From positions 1,248,001 through 1,312,000 of the forward strand of contig OZ242010.1 in assembly GCA_965204745.1 (NCBI GenBank): DNA of 64,000 bases, in the 5' to 3' direction. Below, piece after piece: positions 9,747-19,700 of the stretch (position 1 is the first letter of the stretch; each line of letters opens with the position of its first letter). The notes beneath the pieces are model-generated. The model made no database searches, was not told the DNA's origin, and worked only from the letters and a program-made list of their open reading frames with translations. This DNA is from Candidatus Latescibacterota bacterium (GTDB lineage: Bacteria > Latescibacterota > UBA2968). Made by a program: the position numbers and the translations under genes.

Positions 9747-11660
9747 TTAGCGGTCGGCAGATCGTCGTTGTACAGCAGTCAGAACGAGCAAGAGCGCCGC
9801 GCCGATAGCGTGGCACGTCCACAACGGCCAGAGCAGGAGCACGGCGGCGAGAAAAAACAAGACCCGGTGCAGAACAGTCAGCGGTCTCATGTGAAATCCC
9901 TCGGACGCGGCCGCAAAGGCCAGCAGCCCGAGCAGGGCCGCAATCGCGGTCTCAATGACGCGCCAGAGTTCCCCTTCAAACAGGATGGGCGTGTAGCAAA
10001 AGAGCAGGGGGACAAAGTAAATCGCCTTGGCAATGCGCCACGACTCAACGCCCGTCCGCAGTGGATTGGCCCCTGCAATGCCCGCGGCAGAATACGCGGC
10101 CAGACAAACCGGCGGCGTGACATTGGCATCTTGCGAATACCAAAAAATCAGCAAATGCGCGGCGATGAGACTCACGCCCAAATCGGTCAGCGCGGGCGCG
10201 GCCAGCACCGCGAGCACGATATAAGACGCCGTCACCGGAAGGCCCATGCCCAAAATCAGGGACGCAACCGCGATCAGCACAACCGTAATGAGCACACTGC
10301 TTCCGGCTATCGCCGAGATCAGCAACGAGAATTTGATGCCGATGCCGACCATCAACACGATCCCGACGATGATCCCCGCGCACAGGAGAATAATGCCCGT
10401 CGTAACCATGTTTTGAGCGCCTAAGGCGAGCGCGTCAACCACATCGCGGAGGGTCATGCGCGTGTGCTTGTGCAACCAACTCGCGACCACGATGCTCGCG
10501 GTGCCAACCGCCGCCGCATAAGTGGGGGTGAAGCCGTAAATGAGCATCCCCACGAGCACGGCAATGGGAATGGCAAAATGCCAGCCCTCGCGCACGATAT
10601 CCCCGAGACTCGGAATCTCCGCCGCATCCAAGGGCGCGAGCCCCTGCTTGCGCGCGCGAAAATGAATAAAAAAGACCACGCTCAAAAAGTAGATGAGCGC
10701 GGGAATAAAGGAGACCGCGACGATGGTGAGATAGGGAATTTGCGTCCACTGGCTCATGATAAACGCGCCCGCGCCCATAATCGGCGGCATGAGTTGCCCG
10801 CCCGTGGAGGCCGCCGCTTCCACGGCCCCGGAGAAGGTGGGCGAAAAGCCCGTGCGTTTCATCATGGGAATGGTGAGGGATCCGGACCCGACCGTATTCG
10901 CCACGGCACTGCCGGAAATCGAGCCGAGCATGCCGCTGGCAAAAACCGCCATCTTTGCCGGCCCGCCCACGCTTCGCCCGAGCAGCGCGAGTGCCAAGCG
11001 GATCATAAAATCCCCGGCGCCGGATCGCAGTAGAAACGCGCCAAACAGCACAAACAGGGCCACAAAAGTCGATGAAATGGTCGCAATCGTTCCAAAGATG
11101 CCATCGGGCGCGAAATACATGCGATAGAGCAACCGCGTCAGCGACACCCCCGGAAACGCCCAAATCCCGGACAAATACCGCCCCCAAAAAAGCGCGTACG
11201 TGAGAAATCCCAGTGCGAGCACCGGGATAAAAAGACCGCTTGTGCGGCGGGTAATTTCGAGCAACAAGAGAATCGCAAGCCCTGCAAACACGAGATCCGC
11301 TGTATTCGGCACCTCGTTGCGGGCGTGCAGCGCGTCTTCAAAAAACACGAGATACAGCGCGACCACCAGCGACAGGCCCGCCAAAACATAATCCACGACC
11401 AGCGTGCGCGCAACATAGCGCGGGGCAATGGGATAGAGCAAATAGCCCAAAAACAAAATGAGCGCGTAATGCGCCGCGTTGCGCTGCAATTCGGGCAAAA
11501 CGCCCAGCGTATTGCTCCACAAGTGAAACAACGACAAACAAACGCCCACGCCCACGACAACCATGCGATGCGGCCCAACGAGCACGCGCTGTGCGGCACT
11601 CACCTCACCGCTGAAGTCCTGTTCAACATCGCGGGATTGGGTTTCAAGAGATTTTCGCAT
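9747..11660 (-). CDS. TRAP transporter fused permease (4TM/12TM, TAXI-type DctM)
   Basis: Motifs GGPAKMAV, SGSAVAN, EAAASTGGQLMPPIMGAGAF, LGMGLPVTASY, NVTPPVCLAAY. Confidence 0.9.
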   Translation of the reverse strand: MRKSLETQSRDVEQDFSGEVSAAQRVLVGPHRMVVVGVGVCLSLFHLWSNTLGVLPELQRNAAHYALILFLGYLLYPIAPRYVARTLVVDYVLAGLSLVVALYLVFFEDALHARNEVPNTADLVFAGLAILLLLEITRRTSGLFIPVLALGFLTYALFWGRYLSGIWAFPGVSLTRLLYRMYFAPDGIFGTIATISSTFVALFVLFGAFLLRSGAGDFMIRLALALLGRSVGGPAKMAVFASGMLGSISGSAVANTVGSGSLTIPMMKRTGFSPTFSGAVEAAASTGGQLMPPIMGAGAFIMSQWTQIPYLTIVAVSFIPALIYFLSVVFFIHFRARKQGLAPLDAAEIPSLGDIVREGWHFAIPIAVLVGMLIYGFTPTYAAAVGTASIVVASWLHKHTRMTLRDVVDALALGAQNMVTTGIILLCAGIIVGIVLMVGIGIKFSLLISAIAGSSVLITVVLIAVASLILGMGLPVTASYIVLAVLAAPALTDLGVSLIAAHLLIFWYSQDANVTPPVCLAAYSAAGIAGANPLRTGVESWRIAKAIYFVPLLFCYTPILFEGELWRVIETAIAALLGLLAFAAASEGFHMRPLTVLHRVLFFLAAVLLLWPLWTCHAIGAALLLVLTAVQRRSADR

Positions 11661-11699
11661 GTCATTGTTGGGGTTGGGAACTGGATGGCCTGACAATTA

Positions 11700-12218
11700 G
11701 GTTCTGTTGACATTTACGAGCAAAGCAACTGGCTTGAGCGGTTTATCGAGAAAATCAAGCTCTATCGCAGAATAGGCTCTCGGTTTGAGAAACTGAAACA
11801 GTCGCTCCTTATCGGGACCTACCCCCCTAACCCCCGTTGCTCGCTCCGCTTCGTTGTAGGCTACGCCTGTGCCTGCGAGGAAGGGGGAATGGCGAGCGGT
11901 TTTGCGAGGGGGACCTACCCCCTAGCCCCCTTCCTACGAGGAAGGGGGAATGGCGAGCGGTTTTGCGAGGGGATGGTGTGAGGGATTTTTAATCGCTTTA
12001 TGCCCTCGGTCAATGCCATCAGATCAACCCTTGATATAAGCCATCAAAGGGACTTTACTCCCCTTTCCTTGTAGGAAAGGGGCCGGGGGATAGGTCCCCT
12101 CGCGCAACGCCATCAGAGCAACCTAAGCCATCAAAGGACCAAACGCCTTAAATGAGCAAGAAGCAACACAGTTGCTACTCTGTGCGTAAAGATAAAAAAA
12201 TGAAATGTCAACACAACC
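11700..12218. mobile_element. Non-autonomous MITE (~520 bp) with GGTT(C/G)TGTTGACATTT TIRs and TA flanks
   Basis: 16-bp TIRs at 11700 and 12203-12218; TA on both sides; interior of GC-rich hairpin repeats; further copies at 25306 and 30516. Confidence 0.75.
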
Positions 12219-12242
12219 TACTGACAACTGACAACTGACAAC

Positions 12243-12839
12243 GGCGTTGTTGCATAAATAGCTATTGCCTGCAAGTTGGGATTGCAAAAAGACAGGCTCC
12301 TTCGTAGATTGGGCATATTTATCATCGAAACCACTCACCCTTTCTCACTAGGAACCTGTCATGCCCAAGATAACCGCTTCCAAGACCGCCGTCAAGGCCC
12401 CTCGTCGCCCTCGTCGCCCGCGCTGTGCGCCTGTCTATCGGGTTCGGAACTGGGCGGCCTACGAGGCCGGTCTCAAGTAGCGGGGCAGTCTGACGTTTTG
12501 GATCACGCCGCAAGCCCTTCGGGACTGGTACCATCAAGGGCCAACGCAACGGGGGAGGCCATACACCTTTTCAGATTTGGCTATTCAAACGGCATTGATG
12601 TTGCGCTTGGTCTCTGCCTTGCTCCTGCGTCAAACCGAGGGGTTTCTCACGTCCATCCTGGCGTTGATGGGGGTGGCTTTGCGCGTGCCCGATCACACGA
12701 CCCTCTGCCGGCGACAGGGCGATTTGGACATTCGCATGATGAGGATCGCGAAACCCGTGTCCTATCCCATAGAAAGAGGGGCTTAAATCTCGCGGGAAAG
12801 GGACGAACTTAGCCACGACAACATTTATGCAACAACGCC
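12243..12839 (+). mobile_element. Internally deleted IS5-family (IS903 group) element
   Basis: Perfect 17-bp TIR GGCGTTGTTGCATAAAT; transposase remnant YRVRNWAAYEAGLK*RGSLTFWI...LRQTEGFL...PDHTTLCRR with an in-frame TAG. Confidence 0.85.
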
Positions 12840-13015
12840 ATACACAGAAAAAAAATACCACACTTAGGCGCGGTTTTGAGCGAGAATTTCGTTCTATTGG
12901 GGATCTGTGCAATTTTCGTTCCAAAACAAAAAGCGCGACGGAAAAATTCCGCCGCGCTTTGCGGTTAAATGATACCCCATCGCCGAGGCAAGCGGGAGGT
13001 GGGTTTCAATCCGCC

Positions 13016-13594
13016 TCACTGCTTTTCGGTGTGTTCAGACGAGTCCTCCATCTCGGATTGTTTTTCCGAGTGGTCGTGATGCCAACCGCGTCGACCGTGG
13101 AAACCGCCGCGTCCCCTGAAGCCATAGTGGTTGCCCATCCACGGCCCGCCGCGTCCTCTGAACCGATGCCCACCGCGACCGCGGAACCCCTTGCGGCCCC
13201 CGCGAGGGTGCATCTCGCCGAGCTTTTCCCGTTGCTCTGGGGTAAGCACATTTCTGATCGCCATGTCGCGTTGAATCTCGTGCGCCATGATTTTGCCCTG
13301 TGCCGCCATCAGCGCGTCGATTTTGGCTTGAATATCCGAGGCGGTCGGATTGTCCTGTGTGCGAGCCTCGCGCAAATCGAGTCGCGCTTTTTGGTATGTA
13401 GCGCGCAAGTCGATCATCGCTTTTTGATGCTCGGTTTTGAGGTCTTCCAGCGTCGTCTTTTGCTCGTCCGTCAGGTCCAATGCGGCCATGGACTTGTGGG
13501 CGCGTTTGCCCTTGTGACTTTTGGCGTGCACCACAAAAGCCGCGCATCCAATGACGAGAACCCCGATCACTGCGTAGAGAATTTTGCGTTTCAT
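13016..13594 (-). CDS. Spy/CpxP-family periplasmic protein (LTXXQ motifs)
   Basis: LDLTDEQK and VLTPEQR motifs; signal peptide; Gly/Arg-rich tail. Confidence 0.8.
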   Translation of the reverse strand: MKRKILYAVIGVLVIGCAAFVVHAKSHKGKRAHKSMAALDLTDEQKTTLEDLKTEHQKAMIDLRATYQKARLDLREARTQDNPTASDIQAKIDALMAAQGKIMAHEIQRDMAIRNVLTPEQREKLGEMHPRGGRKGFRGRGGHRFRGRGGPWMGNHYGFRGRGGFHGRRGWHHDHSEKQSEMEDSSEHTEKQ

Positions 13595-13706
13595 CGTACT
13601 CCTCCTCCTGTGTCAACAGCCGCGGAACGGGTCTTTCCCGGGGTGCGAACTGTTTGTGAATGTGACCTTCCGATGTGTTCAGGCCGGCATCTGAACACCG
13701 AGAAGG

Positions 13707-14123
13707 TTATGGCCCTCGGCGAGGGCCGGGTGGGTGGTCGGGCTGAAGACCGCGACGGCCGCCACCTCGGCCGCGAAATCCTCGGCGCCTGTTTCTCTTT
13801 TCAAATTTTTCAAATTGCTCGGGCGTGAGAATGTCCTTGACTTGATCGCGCAATTTTTGTTCCTGCAAGCGCATGTCGTCGCCAATTCGCTGCCGCATGG
13901 TTTCGATGTCGCGCCGGTTGTCTTGAAATGCCCGTTGGATGGCTTTTTTTTGCGCGTCCGAGAGCGCGAGATCATGGCCCAAGCGCTCGACCACGCCCTG
14001 GTATGGACGCCCGCGAGGGCCGGGTGGGCGCGAAAGCCTGCGTTCGGCAATGACGCCACACACCAAGCCGAGGGCGAAAATGCCCAGCAACAAAACAATG
14101 GCTTGGACGCGATGGGAAAACAT
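13707..14123 (-). CDS. Periplasmic heavy-metal sensor/Spy-like protein
   Basis: N-terminal TM segment; LALSDAQ and ILTPEQ motifs; in the ECF operon. Confidence 0.7.
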   Translation of the reverse strand: MFSHRVQAIVLLLGIFALGLVCGVIAERRLSRPPGPRGRPYQGVVERLGHDLALSDAQKKAIQRAFQDNRRDIETMRQRIGDDMRLQEQKLRDQVKDILTPEQFEKFEKRNRRRGFRGRGGGRRGLQPDHPPGPRRGP

Positions 14124-14131
14124 GGCAAATC

Positions 14132-14530
14132 CTACTCGGGATAAATGACCAAACTGTCCGCTTGGACCTCGGACAACACCAGTTCGGTTTGCGAATCAAA
14201 ATAATCGGCAACCACATTGGCTTCGGTATCCGCATTGTCGATCAGCACCAGCACCGTCACAGCGGCGGCAGCGGCCAAGGGGACGAGGCGTTTGCCGGCC
14301 CAAACCAAACTGCGCCACAGGCTTTCCGCTCGAATGCGCGCGTGGACACCCGCCCACAGGCCCGGCGAGGGTTGTGACGGACGCTGGCACAAGCGATTTT
14401 GCACATGGCAGAGCAACTCGCATTCGGCGCGCAGTTCTGCATCTTCTCGCATTCGGGCTTCTAGCTCGCACGCTTGTTCTGCGGACAGGTCGCCGTCGAT
14501 ATAGTGCAACAATTTGTCGCGGTCCGTCAT
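14132..14530 (-). CDS. Membrane-anchored anti-sigma factor
   Basis: LLHYIDGDLS N-terminal domain plus one TM segment; directly downstream of the ECF sigma. Confidence 0.75.
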   Translation of the reverse strand: MTDRDKLLHYIDGDLSAEQACELEARMREDAELRAECELLCHVQNRLCQRPSQPSPGLWAGVHARIRAESLWRSLVWAGKRLVPLAAAAAVTVLVLIDNADTEANVVADYFDSQTELVLSEVQADSLVIYPE

Positions 14531-14531
14531 G

Positions 14532-15110
14532 TCATTCCCTCCATTCGCGGTACAGGGGCATCAACAAGTCGCGCAACCGCGCCCGCGCCCGCGAGAGCCT
14601 CGATTTCACCGTGCCGATAGATAGCCCTAAAACGCCGGCGATTTCCTCTTGTGACAGGTCTTCGATATCCTTGAGCACCACCACTGCGCGATGTTCGGGC
14701 GACAACAGGTCGAGCACGGTTTGAATTTGGTCGCGCAGGCCAATGTGGTCGATGTCATTTTGCGGTTCGTCCGTGCCCCAAAACCGGTCGAGGAACATCG
14801 CGTTGGCCTCTTGCATGCCGTCGAGGGAGATGCTGTCTGGCCGCCTGTGTTCGCGCTTGGCAACCGTGAGGCAAACATTGGTGGCGATGCGATAGAGATA
14901 GGTGTAAAAACTCGACTTGCCCTCAAACTTTCCCAGTGCGCGATACGCCCTGATAAACGCTTCTTGCGCCGCGTCCTTTGCGGCTTCGCGGTCGCCGATG
15001 ATCGAACAGGCCAAGCCGTAGATGCGGTCTTCATAGCGTTCGACGAGATGGCGGAATGCCTGCACATCGCCCTGTTGGCATTGGCGGATCAGATCGTGTT
15101 CATCGCGCAT
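14532..15110 (-). CDS. ECF sigma factor (RpoE/SigW-like)
   Basis: AKDAAQEAFIRAY, SFYTYLYRIATN, EEIAGVLGLSIGTVKSRLSRAR. Confidence 0.92.
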   Translation of the reverse strand: MRDEHDLIRQCQQGDVQAFRHLVERYEDRIYGLACSIIGDREAAKDAAQEAFIRAYRALGKFEGKSSFYTYLYRIATNVCLTVAKREHRRPDSISLDGMQEANAMFLDRFWGTDEPQNDIDHIGLRDQIQTVLDLLSPEHRAVVVLKDIEDLSQEEIAGVLGLSIGTVKSRLSRARARLRDLLMPLYREWRE

Positions 15111-15153
15111 TCGGAATCGGGTTTGGGGTTGCGATCAGTGGTGCTTCACGGGA

Positions 15154-15182
15154 TTAGACCACAAAATCAACATGGGCGTTCC
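15154..15182 (-). promoter_or_regulatory. ECF (sigmaE-type) autoregulatory promoter
   Basis: Minus-strand GGAACGC-16 bp-GTCTAA upstream of the ECF sigma gene. Confidence 0.7.
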
Positions 15183-15499
15183 GAAAAAAACCACCCGTGC
15201 GTGCCCCGCTCATCCACCCAACCGCCCGTGCGTGCCCATCCCGCCCTCACCCCGCCGTGTGCGATCCCACACCACCGCCCCTTGATGGCGTTGCGCGAGG
15301 GGACCTATCCCCCGGCCCCGTTATTCGCTTCGCTCATTGTAGGCTACGCCTGTGCCTACAAGGAAAGGGGAGTAAAGTTCCTTTGATGGCTTATATCAAT
15401 GGCTACTCTGATGGCGTTGTGCGAGGGCATCAAGCGATTAAAAATCCCTCATCATTCCCCTCGCAAAACCACTCACAGTTCCCCCTTGTATCTTGGGAT

Positions 15500-15745
15500 C
15501 AAGGGTTAATTAGGTGTTGCGCCCTCGTATCGAGATAAGCCATCTTGATGCTCGGCTCGGGGAAGGCCGGTTCCCCCTTGCAGGCAATGACCTTGTCAGG
15601 AAGAGAGGCCCCCCGACCGCCGAGTCTATGCCGAAGAGTATCTAAATCCATCGAGGCTGCATATACAAGGTCGGTAGGCTTGGCGCGAATGGTCGGGACG
15701 CGACCCCGAGCGCACCTCAGATCCCTTACAGACCCCTCATCACAG
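15500..15745 (+). ncRNA. IS110 bridge RNA, copy A (boundaries approximate)
   Basis: Target guides GTTCCCCCT (15570-15578) and AGGAAG (15598-15603); donor guides AGAGTATCT (15635-15643) and ATACAAG (15663-15669). Confidence 0.8.
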
Positions 15746-15891
15746 GAGGCCCCCATGTCGAACTCTCAACCCGCTTTTGCCGGCATTGATGTCAGTGCCC
15801 GCACGTTGTCCGTTGCCCTGTCCAGACCTGGACAAGATGTCCTGCAAGCGACCTTTGACAATGATCCCCGGGCGCATAAGCGGTTGCTGAA

Positions 15892-15919
15892 GTAGGGGCG
15901 AATAATTATTCTCCCCTAC
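15892..15919. repeat. GTAG-family REP palindrome inserted in the IS110-A ORF
   Basis: GTAGGGGCGAATAATTATTCTCCCCTAC replaces the GTGGC seen in intact copies; related palindrome at 6957-6978. Confidence 0.8.
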
Positions 15920-16445
15920 TCACCAAGGGCGGACACATGGTCATGGTCTCTGTCTGCCTCGAAGCGACCGGGCTTTACAGCTTGGGGGTGGCCTTGGCCT
16001 TGCATCGGCATCGCCACACGCAGGTCATGGTCGTCAATCCCAAGGCGATGAGCAAGTACGCCCAAGCCTGCATGCAACGGGCGAAGACGGATGCGAAGGA
16101 TGCGTTGTTGATCCTCGATCCGGGACTGCCAATCCACAAAGACGCATCTCGAAAACCGGGAATAAGTATCTCCGCCATGCCCTCTATATGCCTGCCTGGG
16201 TGGCCAGCAGACACGAAGTCCATGTCAAAGCCTTCTATGACCAACTCATTGCCAGAGGCAAGAAACCTTTGCAGGCTATCGTTGCGGTGATGCGAAAGTT
16301 GCTCCATCCGATCTGGGGCATGTTGCGGCATGACCAAGATTTTGAGGGCGAAACACCTAATTAACCCTTACTTCCACCAAGATACAAGGGGCTCCAGTAG
16401 GGTAGGTCCCAATTCCCCATAGGGACAGGCCCCTGTGCCTGTCCC

Positions 16446-16490
16446 AAAAAGTAAAGCCCGAGTTCACTGTGAACCCGGGCTTTACTTTTT
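16446..16490. terminator. Bidirectional terminator-like hairpin downstream of the adhesin
   Basis: aaaaagtaaagcccgagttcac/gtgaacccgggctttacttttt; inverted twin near 46225-46268. Confidence 0.75.
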
Positions 16491-16716
16491 TTGCATCGTA
16501 TGCGTGCCCTTTCGCACCCCTTCGTCGTTCAGCCTGTCGAGCCAAAGCCGGCGGCGAAGATGAGGAAAAGGGATTCGATCTCTTGCTTTCGCATATAGAC
16601 CTGTGCGGCGACGGTCGTATCGCCGAAGGTCGGTATCGGATTGGTCGTCACCGCAATGGCGAACATCAGGGTGTTCTCATCGCCATCTTCATCTGTGGCG
16701 GTCAGGGAACAGGCTT

Positions 16717-19700
16717 TCATTGGAAGTGGGAGTCGGGATAGAGGCTTCGGATGTAGGGTTCAATTTCTTGAGCGGTCGTGCGCGTAGCAGTTGGCTCGAT
16801 GACGTTCCCTCTGAGGAGGGCCTCGTTCCGGAAGAAGAGGACGTATCGAATGATCAGGATTATATCCGAGAACAGCCTCACATCGCCATCGCCATCCACA
16901 TCGAGAATGTTCTGATTGACCAACGTGTCGAGGTAGGGTTCAATTTCTTGAGCGGTCGTGCGCGTGGCAGTTGGCTCGATGACGTTCCCTCTGAGGAGGG
17001 CCTCGTTCCGGAAGAAGAGGACATATCGAATGACCAGGATTATATCCGAGAACAATCTCACCCGGCCATCGCCATCCACATCCAAGTTGGCACTCTCGTC
17101 ATCGGTCAGGGTCAGGGTCACGGGCGAGGGTGCGGTGATGCCTTGGGCGTTGTTTGCGGTTGCAGACACTGTGACCGTCTTCTCGTCTGCCTGGTCGTTG
17201 TTGTCCACGGCGGTGATCGTCACGGTGTCCGTGCTCGTTGTGGCCGTCGCCGCGATGATCAGCGTGTCTGCACTCGATAGCGTGAAGTCGCTCGCAGTTG
17301 CAGGGGACACAGGCGTAGCAGAGACCGTGATCGTCGTGATCGCGCTCGATGGATGCGATAGGGTCGCCGTGATCGTAGAAACCTCGCCATTTTCCGAGAT
17401 GGACGAGGGGGTGAGCACCAACGTCACGGTCGGCGCATCTTCATCGTCGGTCGTCGTCACTGGAACATCCTCGTCCGAAAGGGTGTTGTAGCCGGGATCG
17501 CCGCTTGACGAGGCGAGTCGTACCGTCCAGGTGACGTCCCCGTCGTCGATGGTATCGTCCTGCCCGGTCACGGTCACTGTCTGCGCCGTGTTATAGCTCG
17601 TCGGCGTGAAGGTCAGCACCACAGGCTCAACCCGCCCTTCGCTCGGGTCTTGGCTCGTCACCGAAATCGTCACCGCCGCCGTGGGTTGCGTCAGCAGGGC
17701 CACCGTGAAGGTCGCCGAGGCACCGGCCTCTGTGGCCTGCCCGGTCACCGCGCTGATGTCCAAGCCGAAATCGTTATCGCGGTTGACCATGTACACGATG
17801 ATCGCGGAGAGCGCGTCATAGTTGGTGTCCTGCGTATCCGTCTGGTTCACCGAGAGGGTGACCGTATAGTTCTGGTTGCCATCGACGGCGGCGGGAGTAT
17901 CGTCCTGCCCGGTCACGGTCACGGTTTGTGCCGTGTTCCAGTCTGATGGCATGAAGGTCAGCACCGAGGGCGATACAGTGCCTTCCGTCGTGTCTGAACT
18001 GACCACCGAGAGGGCTACGTTCCCCGTCGGCTCGGAGGCGAGCGTGACCGTGAAGGTTTCTGCCCTGCCCGACTCTGTCGTGTGGAGCCTGACCGTCGTC
18101 GTGGTCATCGCCGACACCTCAATCGCCGCCTCGTCGTCATCGGTGATCGTCAGCGTCGCATCAGTGACCGACCCCGCGCCCATGCTGTTGTCCACCGTGC
18201 TCGCCGACACGGTCACCGTCTTGTTCCCCGAAACCAGGTTGTTGCCCACCGTCGTGATCGTCACGATGCCCGTGCTCGTCGTTTGCCCCGCTGCGACGGT
18301 CAGCGTGTCCGACGTGCTCAGCGTGTAATCACCTCCAACCGCAGGGGACACAGGCGTCACGGAAACCACTATCGTCGTCGCCGCGCTTGACGGGTGCGAC
18401 AAGGTCGCTGTCACTGTCGAAACCGCGCCAGTCTCAGAAATCGACGATGGGGACACCACCAGCGTCACGGCCGGTGCAGCGTCGTCGTCCGTCAGCGTCA
18501 CAGTGCCGGTCACACTACCCGCGCCTTGGGCATTGCTCACCGCAACGGACACGGTCACGTTGCGAGCAGGCTCGTCTCGGGTGTTGTCCACCGATGTGAT
18601 GACCACCGTATCCGACGCGTTCGCCGTACTCCCGGCCGCGATGGTGATCGTCGAATCCATCCCCACCGTGTAGGCACCCGCCACCGGACGCACCGTGATC
18701 GTCGTTGCCGCGCTCGACGGACGCGATAGCGACGCCGTGACCGTCGAAACCGCGCCGTTCTCCGAAATCGACGCGGGATTCGGCGTCAGCGTCACCATCG
18801 GCGCAAGGTCGTCGTCTGTGATCGTCAAAGTGCCGGTCACCCTGCCCGAGACTTGGCTGTTGTGCATCACAGCGGACATGGTCACGGTGCGATTAGGCTC
18901 GTCTTGGGTGTTGTTCACCGCTGTGATGACCACCGTGTCCGACGCGTTCGCCGTGCTCCCGGCCGCGATGGTGATCGTCGAATCCGCCGGCACCGTGTAA
19001 GCATCCGCCACTGGGCGCACCGTGATCGTCGTCGCCGCGCTCAACGACCGTGACAGCGTCGCGGTCACGGTACTCATCCCGCCGTTTTCCGAGATCGACG
19101 AGGGCGCCAGTGCCAACGTCACGACCACGGGTTGGAGATTAAATTGCACGGTGGTGTCCATGTCGGCATACTTCAAGGCCGGATACTGATCCATCGCGCC
19201 AAAGGTCCACGGATCGTCGTTGCCGGCTTGTCCGTCTATGTTGGCGTTCCAGTTGTAGTAGGTGTCGTTGCTGGTGGCACCGTAGGTGGTGGGACTCTGG
19301 AGCTCGCTGGTGCTCTTGCCCCCGGCAATGCCGCTCTGGTCGCTGTCCCAGTAGCTATTGGTCACTGTGCCAGCCGTGCTGCCCACCAACCCGCCTTTCG
19401 TGCCGTTACCAGTGACCTGACCCGTCGCATAACTGGCCGTCACTTCACCGCTGCTCTCGAGGCGCCCCACCAACCCGCCTTTCGTGCCGTTCCCAGTAAC
19501 CGTGACCGCGCCCGTCGCATAGGACGCGATAATCGTCCCGCCGTTCTGCCACCCCACCAGACCACCGACCCAGAAATTGCCCCCACTCCCTAAGGCCGTC
19601 ACAGCCGCAGCGGAATAGCTGGCACTGATGCGGCGGTTGGCACCGGTATGAGAATGCCCCACCAGACCGCCCAAGCCGAAACTGCCAGACCCCCGAACGC

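Larger units (their letters stand above)
15487..16353 (+). mobile_element. IS110 copy A (defective: REP insertion, internal deletion, right end missing)
   Basis: Left end TGTATCTT after a CT core at 15485-15486; transposase pseudogene from ATG 15755, homologous to 49301-50308. Confidence 0.9.

Noticed and set aside
12478-12480. Stop-codon readthrough in the IS903-like transposase
   Set aside because: The element is also internally deleted, so simple decay explains the TAG
15545-15754. ORFs overlapping the IS110 5' regions (also 49059-49262 and 59085-59342)
   Set aside because: The frames are not conserved between copies; the region is better explained as bridge RNA
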